Below are positions 11,201 through 22,334 of a stretch of 64,000 nt of DNA, piece after piece. The translations under genes and the position numbers were made by a program. Where the stretch lies: the NCBI RefSeq assembly GCF_048593235.1, contig NC_133617.1:171886937-171950936 (forward strand). The letters are read 5' to 3'. The stretch comes from Sminthopsis crassicaudata (Eukaryota). How positions within the stretch are numbered: position 1 is the stretch's first letter; every line of letters begins with the position of its first letter. The notes beneath the pieces were generated by a model that saw only the letters and a list, made by a program, of their open reading frames with translations, was not told the DNA's origin and did not search any database.

Positions 11201-13639
11201 GATCAAATAAGATAACGTAGACAAATATTTTATAAACTGTAAAGTACAAAATTGCAAATTATATAATATAAATAAATTCATCCTCTTCATCTTCATTTGC
11301 AATCTGTTTTTCCACAGAAAATGTCATGATAAATGAGGTTTAGTTCCTATTGTTAAGACATTTCTAGTCTAGTAGGAATGTTAAAATACATACATGGATT
11401 TTTTAATCATTTTGCAAATTAGCATTGAGAAAGTACATAAGGGCAAGATATACAGAGTACAGTAAAGTCAGTAGTGAGTTTGATTATTAGGAAAGATACA
11501 TAAAGAAGGTAGCAGTTGAACTTGGCCTTGAAGGATTGGTTGGATTTTACTAGTCAAAACTAGAAGTAGGATATATTAAACATAGAAAGTAGTCATGATC
11601 AAGGCCTGATATGGAAAAGCACAATGGGACTCATTTAGATGGAAGAACAACCAAAAATATTTCATATTTTAGAAACTTCACCTTGAAGTAGTGCTGTGTT
11701 ATACCTAAATGTTCATAAAACTTTGGTGCATTTCCATAGATTCTGATTTATAATATACAGATTTATTTAAGAGGCATCAGGATAAGTTTACAGCAAAAGA
11801 ACAAATGTCAGAGAAGACGGGTATTCTTTCCCCTATCCCCTTCCCACAGTGAGGAATGAGCTTCTTTATTACTATAACTTTGTCACCTCTAAACCTCACC
11901 AGAATTCTAGAAGGCAAGAAAAATTTGCAGGTTTGTGATTAAACCTCTTTAAAGAAACTTCCCCTTCATTGGAGGGACCAAATGAGCTGCTGACTAGCTA
12001 TGTCATTAGTTTTATTGTTATTCTTCCCACTACAATATGATTACTATTCTTCTTCCTTGCTTCTCTCTCCTACTACCCTGGTCCCCTAATGTCTGAGTTT
12101 TATAAGTTATAGCCCAAGACAAATGTTTAGCTATATAATATTGATGGGGGTGGTTAAGGGAAAATGGGGTAGAAAGAATCAAGATATGAGATGATAACCC
12201 TAGATGTACAGAGTTCTCCAACGAGAATAATTCCTTTATCAAAGCAATTGTTTTATCACGTATAGTCTTAAAATTTATGTAGATCACTGAGAGTTTAAGT
12301 GACATTCCCAAGATCATATAACCACTATATACAAGAGACAAAATTCAGATCTGTGGGATAGCTAGAGAAGACTATGACTCCACTCCCCTAAGCCTGTCTC
12401 CTGTTATATAACTGGCATATTTAAGGTTTAAACTGAACCCAGTTCTGATTGGAACTAGCCATTAAAATTCGCTGGTAAACTTGATGTTCATCCTGAACAG
12501 GGCTTCCTGGTTAATTTGTAGAGACTCTCTTTTTGCTGCTGATCACATCACCCCATGGGCAATTTGAAACCTGCCAAAGGAAATTCTTTTTTGAAAGCCC
12601 TACATAAACCCAAAGTCCCTGAAACTTTGTGCCTTTAAGCAAAGAGCATATCCCATTGCTCCACTGGTCGATGACCTAACAGTGCCCCAAATAATAAGGT
12701 AATTGGATAATGGGAATGAGAAAGGCTACAAGTGATTTCATTTCTAATTGAACTGCTGTTCATCTATCCATACTCTCCTATCCTGTCCTTTGCAGGAATA
12801 TTAATAAACCATTTGAACCCATTCAAGTATAGTTGTGTATTATTCACCCAAACTCCACCATACATCTTTATGACAGCTGTATGTAACATTTTAGGGTTCA
12901 TTAGCATCTTTCATATGTTTTAGTTAACCTTGCAACAAGTCTGTGAGGGGAAATTACTATTATAACCATTTTACAGATAATAAAAAACAAGATTTAGAAG
13001 ATTGTGTCTTGTCTTTTTGTTTCATGTTGTCCAAACTTAGAAAAAATTGTTAAGTAGCTAATTGTCTATATGAACAAAATCAGTATCATTAGAATGACAT
13101 TTAGAAGCTATTGAATAGGGAATACAATATTTGCCTAAAATGTTCCTGATTAAAATCTGATATGTAAAATATATAGAAAAATGACAAATAACATGTGTAA
13201 ATTCTGTAAAGTCTTACTCTGGTGCACATTGTGGCATTGAAATGAGCATGGCTTGTTTAAGGCTATGCTAGCATAGCAAAAAGTCTGGAAGATTCTACAA
13301 AAATGAGAAAGGCTTCAAGCATAATTTTAGCAACAAAAGCAATTATCCTGTCAACTACATAAAAATTCACTGTCAATGAATTGGCCACGTGATAATTCTT
13401 CAGATATGGCAACATATCAAAATATTAAAAATATAGTATAGCTTTCCATGCTGTGTGACCTGTGTGGGTTTTTCAGTCTTACTAGAGGAAAGCCAAAAAA
13501 GGGATGAAAGAATATTAAAAATTATACCATTTTTTAGATATGTAACTTAGTGTAAACACTAATTTAGTCATTGTTACTCTAAATGTGAGATGTTTGTCCA
13601 TTCACTAATCAGCAGAACTAATTATCTCTGAATTGTATC

Positions 13640-14810
13640 AATATTGACACTCTCAGTATAAATCAAAGAAGGAGGCAGGGAGGGATAGACTTGGCAGCTA
13701 AATCAGAGAATTCAGCTAAATAGAAGAGAGTTTCTACTATGAAAGGCAAATTTAAAAGCTGCTCAAAGTAGTTTTATGATGTATCCAAAAATAACAAGAG
13801 ACACCATTTCATGGGATATTTGTCCCTTCTAGTATCACAATACTTGCAATAAATATTTCTACACCTTATGTGCCAATTTCTTTTATAAAAAATGAAGAGA
13901 TAGAGAAATTATGTAAAGGAAGTGATATGATCCTCAATATTATATCAGTATATACTTTGAAACTTGGTAACCTCAGTGCAAAGATGGATTTAGACAAACA
14001 TGCTACCAAAAAAAATTTGAAATTGATTGTTCAAGAATAAGGCACAAGAGAAACCAAAAACTTGGATGCTACACAGAAACCTCATATTTATATATTGTGA
14101 ATATTTCCTTTGAGAAAAAAATTGGAGTCACTAAACCTGATGAGCACCAAATAACATCATTAGAAATAAAATTGATCATATTTTACACATAGGAAATGAG
14201 TCATTACTGAAGTGGCAATCATCTGTGAATCAACTGTCTGTGTACAAGCAGGCTATCCACATGTTAGAACAAAGATCAAAATTGATATAGAGTAGGAAGA
14301 AAGAATAAAAATGAGAAAAAGATCTGACATGTAATTAAAACAGCTCCAAAATGAGTTAACATAGAAAAAAAATGGGGGATGAAAATACATCAACAATGAT
14401 TATAAACAATTCCATACAAAATTGTAGATAATTAAAATCAATTGAAGGAGCAAAGAAACAAAATGAAAGAAAAAAGAAATATAAAAAATGTTTCAATTAA
14501 CAAACAGTTGACCTAGTTCCCAAGCAAAAAGATGTAGTATTAAAAGACGGCAAAAGTTAAGAATATTGACTCTTTAGAAAAAAAATCTAACAGATAGAAG
14601 ATAATGAAAAGCAATCAACTCAAAAAATAAAACAATAGAAGGAAAAAACAATTTAAAGAAAGTTTGGCAATGACCCCACTAAACATTCATCCTGGTCTTA
14701 TTTAAGGATGAAACTGGAAGACAACCAATAAAAAAAAGAGGTCTCTAAGGATTTTCAGCACTTTTTTCACCATCAAGGACAATAGAACCACTCACTACAT
14801 TATACACAAA
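13640..14810 (+). mobile_element. Decayed RTE-clade LINE, endonuclease and linker region
   Basis: Frameshifted motifs EEIEKL, LGNLSAK (cf. LGDFNAK), LYIVNISFEKK (cf. LYIMNTFF.K) and IRNKIDHIL (cf. TKNEIDYIL), in the order expected for an RTE AP-endonuclease. Confidence 0.75.
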
Positions 14811-15029
14811 ACCAAACATGTGCTTAGAAAATATAAATCATAATCATTTATAGGAAAAAATAGGAGGGGGAGGGAAATGGAAAAACTAAATATACAAAGA
14901 GTGAGTCCAAGTTGGAGATGGTACAAGTATGAGAGAAGGTTGAGGAACCAATGTTTAAAGTGTCTGAAAGAAGGGAAGAACTGAAGAAAGATAGAAGTAG
15001 AAAAGAATTAATTTAAGAAAGGAATCTTC

Positions 15030-15270
15030 ACTGTAGCTTACTCAAGTGTTAGTTCAGTTTCTGCTCAAAGATCCCCAAGAAGGTAAAACCCAATTTTTTT
15101 AAGCAGCCTATTTTAAAACAGCTCTAATTGTCACAAAAGTTGTCCTGATATTAAATCTAAATTTTCCTCTCAACTCGCACACTCAGTTCATTGATATGCC
15201 CACAAGGGGCAGACAAACAAATCAAATCTAATTTCTCTTCCATTCAGCAAACTTTTCAGATATTGAATTA
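15030..15270 (-). mobile_element. L3/CR1 3'-end fragment
   Basis: gctctaattgtcacaaaagttgtcctgatattaaatctaaatt... matches antisense L3 3' UTR text also seen at about 880-910 and 47030-47070. Confidence 0.55.
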
Positions 15271-15309
15271 TTTGAAAGTTCCAAGAACTTTGATAGAACT
15301 TTTATTCCC

Positions 15310-15800
15310 CAATATTCAGTAACAGAAAAGGAAGAGGTAGCAGTACCTATGGTGACATCTGACAGATTCTGTCTTCCCAAGGGTCATTCATTTCCTTATA
15401 AAATAACTGCAGGTGCTACTTTGCTAGTAGGTTGGTGATCTAGAGTCACTGTTATTCTCAGAGCCCCAGGGCTAATTTATTCATCACTAGATAGGTGAGA
15501 CGATTGATACTGGTAAGTGACAGGGATGGTGGATCATTTCTCTACTAAAGTTGTTCTTCCTAATGAGGGTCCAAAGTAGAATCATGATTATCTGGGGGGA
15601 GGTAGGGGAGAAGTGAGGAGAGAGAGAAGGTAGGAAGGGAACTGTAATTCCTAGGCTTCTTGGGCTCTGTCCTCTGCTGTCTTTATGAGGGAAGCATCTA
15701 TTTCAAAGAAAGATGGTGCTCAAGATGATAACAATGGTTTGACCCAGAAAACACATAGCTTGCTATTTAAATTATGTGGCCTTGTTTGCCCTACTGGTAT
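15310..15800 (+). mobile_element. Tentative upstream RT portion of the Gypsy fossil
   Basis: Very decayed, correctly ordered fragments: YSVTEKE, KG(F)IH..TAGA, SLDR, FSTKVVL, YVALFAL (cf. YSLSEPE, KGFIRPS.SPAGA, LLDRL, FTKLDL, YLVMPFGL). Confidence 0.35.
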
Positions 15801-15969
15801 CAGTTGATAGTTGGTGGTGGCAATGGTAGAGATAGTGGACCCTTTCTCTACAAGATTTGCTCCTATGGATAAGGGTTGAGGAAAATAACAATTGAATAGT
15901 TCCTGAAGACCATTTTATGTCCTCTTGAATGGAGGGTAGAAGTAAGACTAAGGGGAAGAAAAGTAATTA

Positions 15970-16175
15970 TTCTGTCATCAAGTATATATTAAGCAACTAC
16001 CATGTTCCAGGTTCTGTACTAAGTAGTAGGAATAAAAAGAAAAACAAAATAAAACAGAACAATAGCCCTACTCTCAAGGACCTCTCATAGTTCAATGAGG
16101 GAGACAACAGATTACAACTATACACAAACAAGATGTATATAGGATAAATATGACAGGGAAGGCACTAAGAATAAG
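15970..16175 (-). mobile_element. L2 3'-end fragment interrupting the Gypsy fossil
   Basis: tattaagcaactaccatgttccaggttctgtactaagt...ccctactctcaaggacctctcatagttcaatgagggagacaac is the antisense L2 tail. Confidence 0.7.
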
Positions 16176-16289
16176 GAGGACTTATCTATTTCAAAGAATC
16201 TATCCAGCTAATCCAGACTCATCTTCCTTCTTATACTACTGTCTCTAGATCGAACTGAAGAAGTATCACTTTTTCCTGAAAGTGAAAAT

Positions 16290-17660
16290 TGGAATATGCC
16301 ATGAAGTTGTACAGGATTAAGATGAAATCCCTTCAAAGTCCCTCAAAACTGAAAAGACTTGCAACTATTTCTGGGTGCCACCTTTTTTGTTTTGTGTTTT
16401 GTTCTCTAATAGCATTCCTAGTAAAATTTTTGCAGAATATTTTTAGTAGTCTGCTACAGACTCCCAAGCTAAACCAGTTTATGCCTGCACTCATCCCAAC
16501 TTGTCTTGACGCATGCTGGTCATTTGTGGAAGCAGGTTCTTCCAATATAATGACAAAAAAAGCATAAAATCTACTAATCTTCTCTGCTCCTTCCATATAT
16601 CTACTATTCCTGCAAGTTAAATTCTGATGGATGGGAGCTTCTAGTCTTAAGGAAATGTCTGAAGCCTCAGCATACCATAAGAGTGAATTCAACATCTAAT
16701 CATTATGCAAACTGACCATACTAGAAATACCTTTGAATGCCTCAAAAGATGATTCAGACTACATCTTCTCTTTTCAATAGATTCAGTTTATTTTTTTTAA
16801 TCTTTCTTGTCACAGGAAGACCCTTATATCTAGTTATTATTATCTACCTATCATGAGGGCTCTAAACTGGGGAGGGCTCTATGTAAGTTGGGATATTACA
16901 ACTACATTTTCAATTTTGCACATTCCCAAAGAATGCTAGCGCTGGAGAATTGTATCAATGCCATGAAATTCTTCATGATTCTTCATATTACCACCTACAA
17001 CTTTTGATAATCTTGATTCTGGCATGATATCAAGTAAGATTACGGCTATCAAGCTCCATTCCCAAGTAAAGGACCCTATAGGAAAACTGTAGACCTGTTG
17101 TGGGCATTCACTGGCATTCAGACTACAGTGGACCAAAACTCCATTGGAATTTATTACAGACTTACCCAAATCCCAGTAACATGATGACATCTTATCTTAA
17201 CTAAAACAAAATCAAAGACTTCCTCCTCTGGCTTAGACTTCTCCTACTGCTGCCAAGTTCCTCCGAGCCCTCATACTACATATCTGATTATGGCCCTGTT
17301 TTTACTTTCCACTTTTTAACCTTGTTCTTTCTTGTCCTGTGAAGTTTATTAAAATCACTGTGTACTTATATACAGTTCAGTTCCTTTCAATGCAACTAAA
17401 TCTCCATTTCTGGTATTTCTTTTCCCTCATGACATGGACTAAGTTCCCCATATTGTTATCATAACACTATATGATATAATAGAAAGAACTGGATTTGGAG
17501 TAATATGATTCCCCTTTCCATAACTTACCTCTCCCAATCAAACTGATGATCAAATTTTCCAAAAAATTCTTGAATAATGCCCCTTGTTCTTGATTACACC
17601 AAGATGGTTAGCATAAACATTTCTTCTTGCATCTGAATTCTCGTAAAATAATTCTACCTA
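16290..17660 (+). mobile_element. Ty3/Gypsy LTR-retrotransposon pol fossil (RT thumb - RNase H - integrase)
   Basis: Ordered motifs: KDLQLFLG 16353-16376; PALIP..FVEAGSS 16484-16543; PYIYYSCKL ending 16619; ELLV 16635; TDH 16711-16719; LFNRF 16770-16784; PIGKL 17075; LEFITDLPKS 17144-17173; PTAA..LILHI from 17243; QTDDQ..ILE 17539-17574; EFS*NNS 17635-17655. Many stops and frameshifts. Confidence 0.85.
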
Positions 17661-18879
17661 GAGGAAGACCTTCTAAGACAACAAACTTCCTATCCATGTT
17701 TTTTTTTTTTTTCCCAGAAAGTATACCATATCATAGACCATGGTCTTTAATGTGGTATGATGGAACAACATGAAAGAGTTTTCACCTCAAAAAGCTTTGT
17801 CAAATTCTAGCTCTTCTCTGTCTCTCTTTTACTTAATTTAGAAAAGTCAGAGATTAGACTGAATAATCTCTGAAGACACTTTTTCCATTCTTGATCCCAT
17901 AATAGCTAGAAGCAACCTAGTCTGAACTACAGGTGAGTATTTTTAAAATCCAAAAGTCAACTTTATACCTTGAGAAAAAAAGACTCATTAAATGTCATAT
18001 CAAAGTCATTGGAAAATACATAGACTTCAGTCTTAAGATATGCTTGTCTTACATGAACTATATCAAAAATAATTACTACTGAAATTAGAAATTCAGCATT
18101 ATAATTTAAGCAAATTAAAACTAAACTTTTTCAAAATTGGTCTATTTTTACTTAACTTATAATTTCAAACAAGTAAATTAATATTTTCCTTTCTTAAAAA
18201 ATTATGGGGGGAAAAATGCTCCTGGGCTAAGACCCTGTAAGCAGAGTTTAGCCTGAAGCCAATTTTTACAGCTGAGTTATAAACCCCTGAAATAGGAGTT
18301 CATAATGGAAACAGCTGCTCAACCTTAGCTATTGCGGGTGCCACTATAATAAAAACTGCAGGAGTTCACATTAACAATGGCTTCCCCTTACACTCTTTCC
18401 TGTTACCCATCCATTAACCAAACCACACTACTTAATGGAGGTAAAGGCTACAGCTTTATTCACAACAAAAATAACGAGATAGGCGACTTACAGGTGGTAA
18501 ATAACATATTCCCCAAACATCAGAGTGTACAAACATCCCCTGGAGGGCTGCTCACCAATCTAGGGGATAACATCCCACTCCAATGATTTCCAATTAGGAA
18601 TAACATCCCAGCCCACAAAACACTACTAAGCAATGTCATCTACTTCCTGTTTATTTCTTAAAATGTATTGCACATGCAAAACATGCAAAAAGGAAAGACT
18701 GTGTAAAACAGGAAAAGTTTCATAGGAAAATAATCCACAGTTTTTAATAGTTCTGTCTCTAATGTCCCTGCAGAAATGCACTGAAATAGAGCAATACTCC
18801 ACTCACATTTTTCTGCCTCTCTGTGCTTTAACTCATGGCATTCCTCAAATGTCTTCACCATTGGTCTGCTCTTCCTAAC

Positions 18880-19950
18880 ATCTTATATACTGGCCCAGAT
18901 CCAGCTTAAAAACATCTTCCTCCATAAAATTTCTCTGAATTCTTAACTCCACACTGAGAAATGATGCTTCCCTCCTCAGACTTCTCAAACTACTTTGTGT
19001 ATCTCCTGGGGAATTGCCACCTTTTATTTCCTATTATAGAATCTTTATGTATGTGCCTTATCTCCCCTACTAAATTTTAAGCTCCTTAAGAAGAGGTAGA
19101 CCCTCTTATTCCATATCTAATCCATTCCTCACACAATTACCAAAATGTTTTAAGTAAAGCATAGGTCCAATTGTTATTCCCTTGCTTAATGAGCTCCACT
19201 GGTTCCCTATTTATTACCTCTAAGATCAAATAGAGACTCCTCTATTTGGTATTTAAAATACTTTGCAGCCTAGCCCCAACCTATCTTTCCAGTATTATTA
19301 TATACTAATCCCTTTTAGGGCAGCTAGTTTGATAGTCTTAAATTTGGAGTCAGGAAGACTCATCTTCCTAAATTCAAATCTGGCTTCAGACACTTCCCAG
19401 CTCTGTGATTCCAGGCAAGTCATCCCCATTTGCCTCAGTTTCCTCAGCTATAAAGTGAACTGGAGAAGGAAATGGCAAATTACTTCAGTATCTCTTCCTA
19501 GAAAATCTCAAATAGGGTCATGAAGAATCAGAAATGACTGAAAATGACAACTTCCCTTCAGACACTCCATAACCCAAACTACCCCTCTCCTCATCCTCAT
19601 ACATAACCTGATTCACATCTGTGTTACTGTTGTCTCCCCACTTTCCCATGCCTGAAATGCATCCCATCCTCACCTCCACCTCTTAAAATCTTAGTTCTTC
19701 CTAAAGTTTACCTCAAGTTCTACCTTCTGAGGCCTTTTTTTGATTCCTTCCCCCTACTAAGAAAAATGTCCTCCAAAAATTATCTCAGATACATTTTGTG
19801 TGTAGGTATATTGCATGTATGTGTATTTGCATGCACATACAAATAACATAGGAGATAGATAAAAATAATCTGTATTTTTACCCTGATAGAATGTAAACTC
19901 CCCAAGGAATTTCATTTTTGTATCCCCCATAGCTGATATATAGGATATAT
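18880..19950 (+). mobile_element. L2 3' fragments with a nested Mar1 SINE (about 19317-19550)
   Basis: L2 tail text (aagctccttaag..., gatagaatgtaaactcccc..tttgtatcccc). The SINE head agggcagctag...ggagtcaggaagactcatcttcctaaattcaaatc has an RTE-like tail. Confidence 0.7.
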
Positions 19951-21232
19951 AGGATAAGAATGACTGCTAATTGATTATTTATAGCTATATATTTCACAAT
20001 AAAAAGTATAAGATTCTACATGTAGTTTTCGCCAACTAATCTGTTGGTTGTTGTTAACTCAGGTAAGTGATTACTTTAATATTAGGTATTACCCTAGAAT
20101 GGGTGCTATTGACTCAGCAAAACTGTGGTAGGTCTACAATACTGTCTTTTGGGCAAATTCCATAAGATTGCTACTTTATGATACCCTTTTGGTACATCAG
20201 GAACTAAGCCCCACTTTGTGTTGATTATTATGACTGAGATTCCAGCATTCAGCTCAAAGTCATATTCTTTCTACATAATTGGGCAAGCATTATTTGAAAC
20301 CTACAAACATTTTAATTTTTGGTTGAAAATATTCAATTCCATTATGTTCCTGAATCCAAAAAAAAATGTAATTATCTTCTATTTGCATATAACCAAAATT
20401 CAGTCAAATTCACAAATCACCTGAGGTTATTTTGGCTGTGAGATGGATGGAGAGAATGAAAAAAAAAAAAAAAAGTTCAACTGTATATAATTCACAGATC
20501 TTTTCCTGATTAACTGGAAGGGAGGTAATGATTTCTTCCTTACTTTATCTTGTCTGTACATGCAACTCTTGTGACTCCTCAGTAAGTATCTTTGTCTACA
20601 TTGCAAATGCCTGATTATTTCCTGATATTTCTATATTAGTTCCTTGTTTATGCTATATATTCTTTTATGGACATTTTCCCACCAAAGTTAACAGTCTAAG
20701 AATGTAACTTTCAAAAGAATATTGATTCTGGTATTTAAATTCCACTTTATGACACAAAGAAAATCACTATGCACAGATCTATTTTAATAAATTATTTTAT
20801 GATGTGGACAATAAATGTAATGATCACAAATAGCAGCATTAAACAGTTCTTAATTAATATAAGTATTTAATTCCTAAAATTTTAAAAGGTGAGTTTAATC
20901 ATAGAGCCTTGAGGCATACTTCAATGGATCTATTATCCACTCATATGGGTAATCTCTCTCCAAAGGCCAATCTATCCCTTCTCATCTTGTGTAAATAATG
21001 TACTTGTTCTCCCATAACTTTTCCACAGGGGATCTACTCAACACACTGATGGTTTTCCTCTAGAGTTCTGAACATTTCCTAGGCAAGCAGAGCTCCTGAG
21101 CTATCCATTTATTCTTCTTTGATCTCCCTTAAGGCAAAATGGGAAATCAGATAAGTAAGTTTTATTAAGATTTATGTGGAGGTTTTAAAAATATTTTTAT
21201 TTAGTTTTGAGTTCCAAAACTAAATTCTCTCC

Positions 21233-21236
<4 letters not shown>

Positions 21237-21310
<74 letters not shown>
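21237..21310 (+). repeat. (TC)37 microsatellite within the L1 3' UTR
   Basis: Direct reading. Confidence 0.97.
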
Positions 21311-21312
<2 letters not shown>

Positions 21313-22232
21313 TGCCCCCCTCCCTGAGACAGTAAGCAATCTGATTGTTATACATGTGCGATTATGTATAACATTTCCACATTAGTCATTTTATATAAGA
21401 CGACTTGAATAAAAAGAAAAAAATGAAAAAAAAAAGTGAATATGGAATGCTTCAATTTTCTTTGTCCTAAATTCTTCTGTTATCCACAAATCTGGCAGAC
21501 AAACTATTCTATGCTCTCTTGATTTGTTTATGATATCACCCTTTCTGTGTAAATTATGTACACATTTTGATTTTGTTTTAATATAGAGTATGAGATGTTG
21601 ATCTATACCTAGTTTCTACCATATTGTTTTCCAGTTTTTCCAAAAGATTTTGTCAAACAATGAGTTTTTGTGACAAAAGTTTGGATGTTTAGGTTTGTCA
21701 CATACTATATTACTATGGTCATGTGCTATAATGAAAATTGTATCTAATTCCATTGATACTTCATTTGGTTTCATAGCCATGACCAGATTGTTTTGATAAT
21801 TATTACTTTATAAAACATTTTGAGATCTGGTATGGCTAGACCACCATCTTTTGCCTTTTTTTAAAATTGATTCCCATGATACCCTTGAGCTTTTGTTCTT
21901 CCACATATTTTTTCTAGTTCTATAAAATAATTTTTGATAGCTTGATTGGTATGACACTGAATAAGTAAATTAACTTAGGTAGAATAGTCGTTTTTATTAT
22001 ATTGACTTAGTTTGCCCATGAGCAATTAATATTTTCCCAATTGTTTATATCTGACTTTAATTATGTGAAATTGTGGGAAATTTTATAGTTGTGTTGATAT
22101 GGTTAGTAAGTTTGCTTTGGCAGGTAGATTCCCAAGTATTTTATTTTGTCTACAGTTATTTTTAAATACAATTTTTCTCTCTATCTCTTCTGATGGACTT
22201 TGTTGGCAACATATGGAAATTTTTGTATCCCA

Positions 22233-22334
22233 TAATTTTGCTAATATTGGTAATAATTTCAAGTAATTTTTAAATTGAGAATTGAGAACCAATTTAAAAA
22301 TTACTTGAAATTATTTCCAACATTAGCAAAATTA
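22233..22334. repeat. 45-bp-arm inverted repeat (2 mismatches, 12-nt spacer)
   Basis: Left arm 22233-22277 taattttgctaatattggtaataatttcaagtaatttttaaattg. Right arm 22290-22334 is its reverse complement apart from 2 positions. Confidence 0.93.

Noticed and set aside
13211-13228. gtcttactctggtgca as a decayed VLDSGA protease motif of the Gypsy element
   Set aside because: It requires assuming a deletion inside the motif and has no supporting neighbours.
15706-15717. KKDG RT motif
   Set aside because: Out of order relative to the other tentative RT remnants, so probably chance.
17911-20893. Strong plus-strand donors CAG|gtgagt (about 17933), CAG|gtaagt (about 20062) and AAG|gtgagt (about 20888)
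   Set aside because: Isolated consensus matches without a convincing upstream coding exon. Expected by chance over 64 kb.
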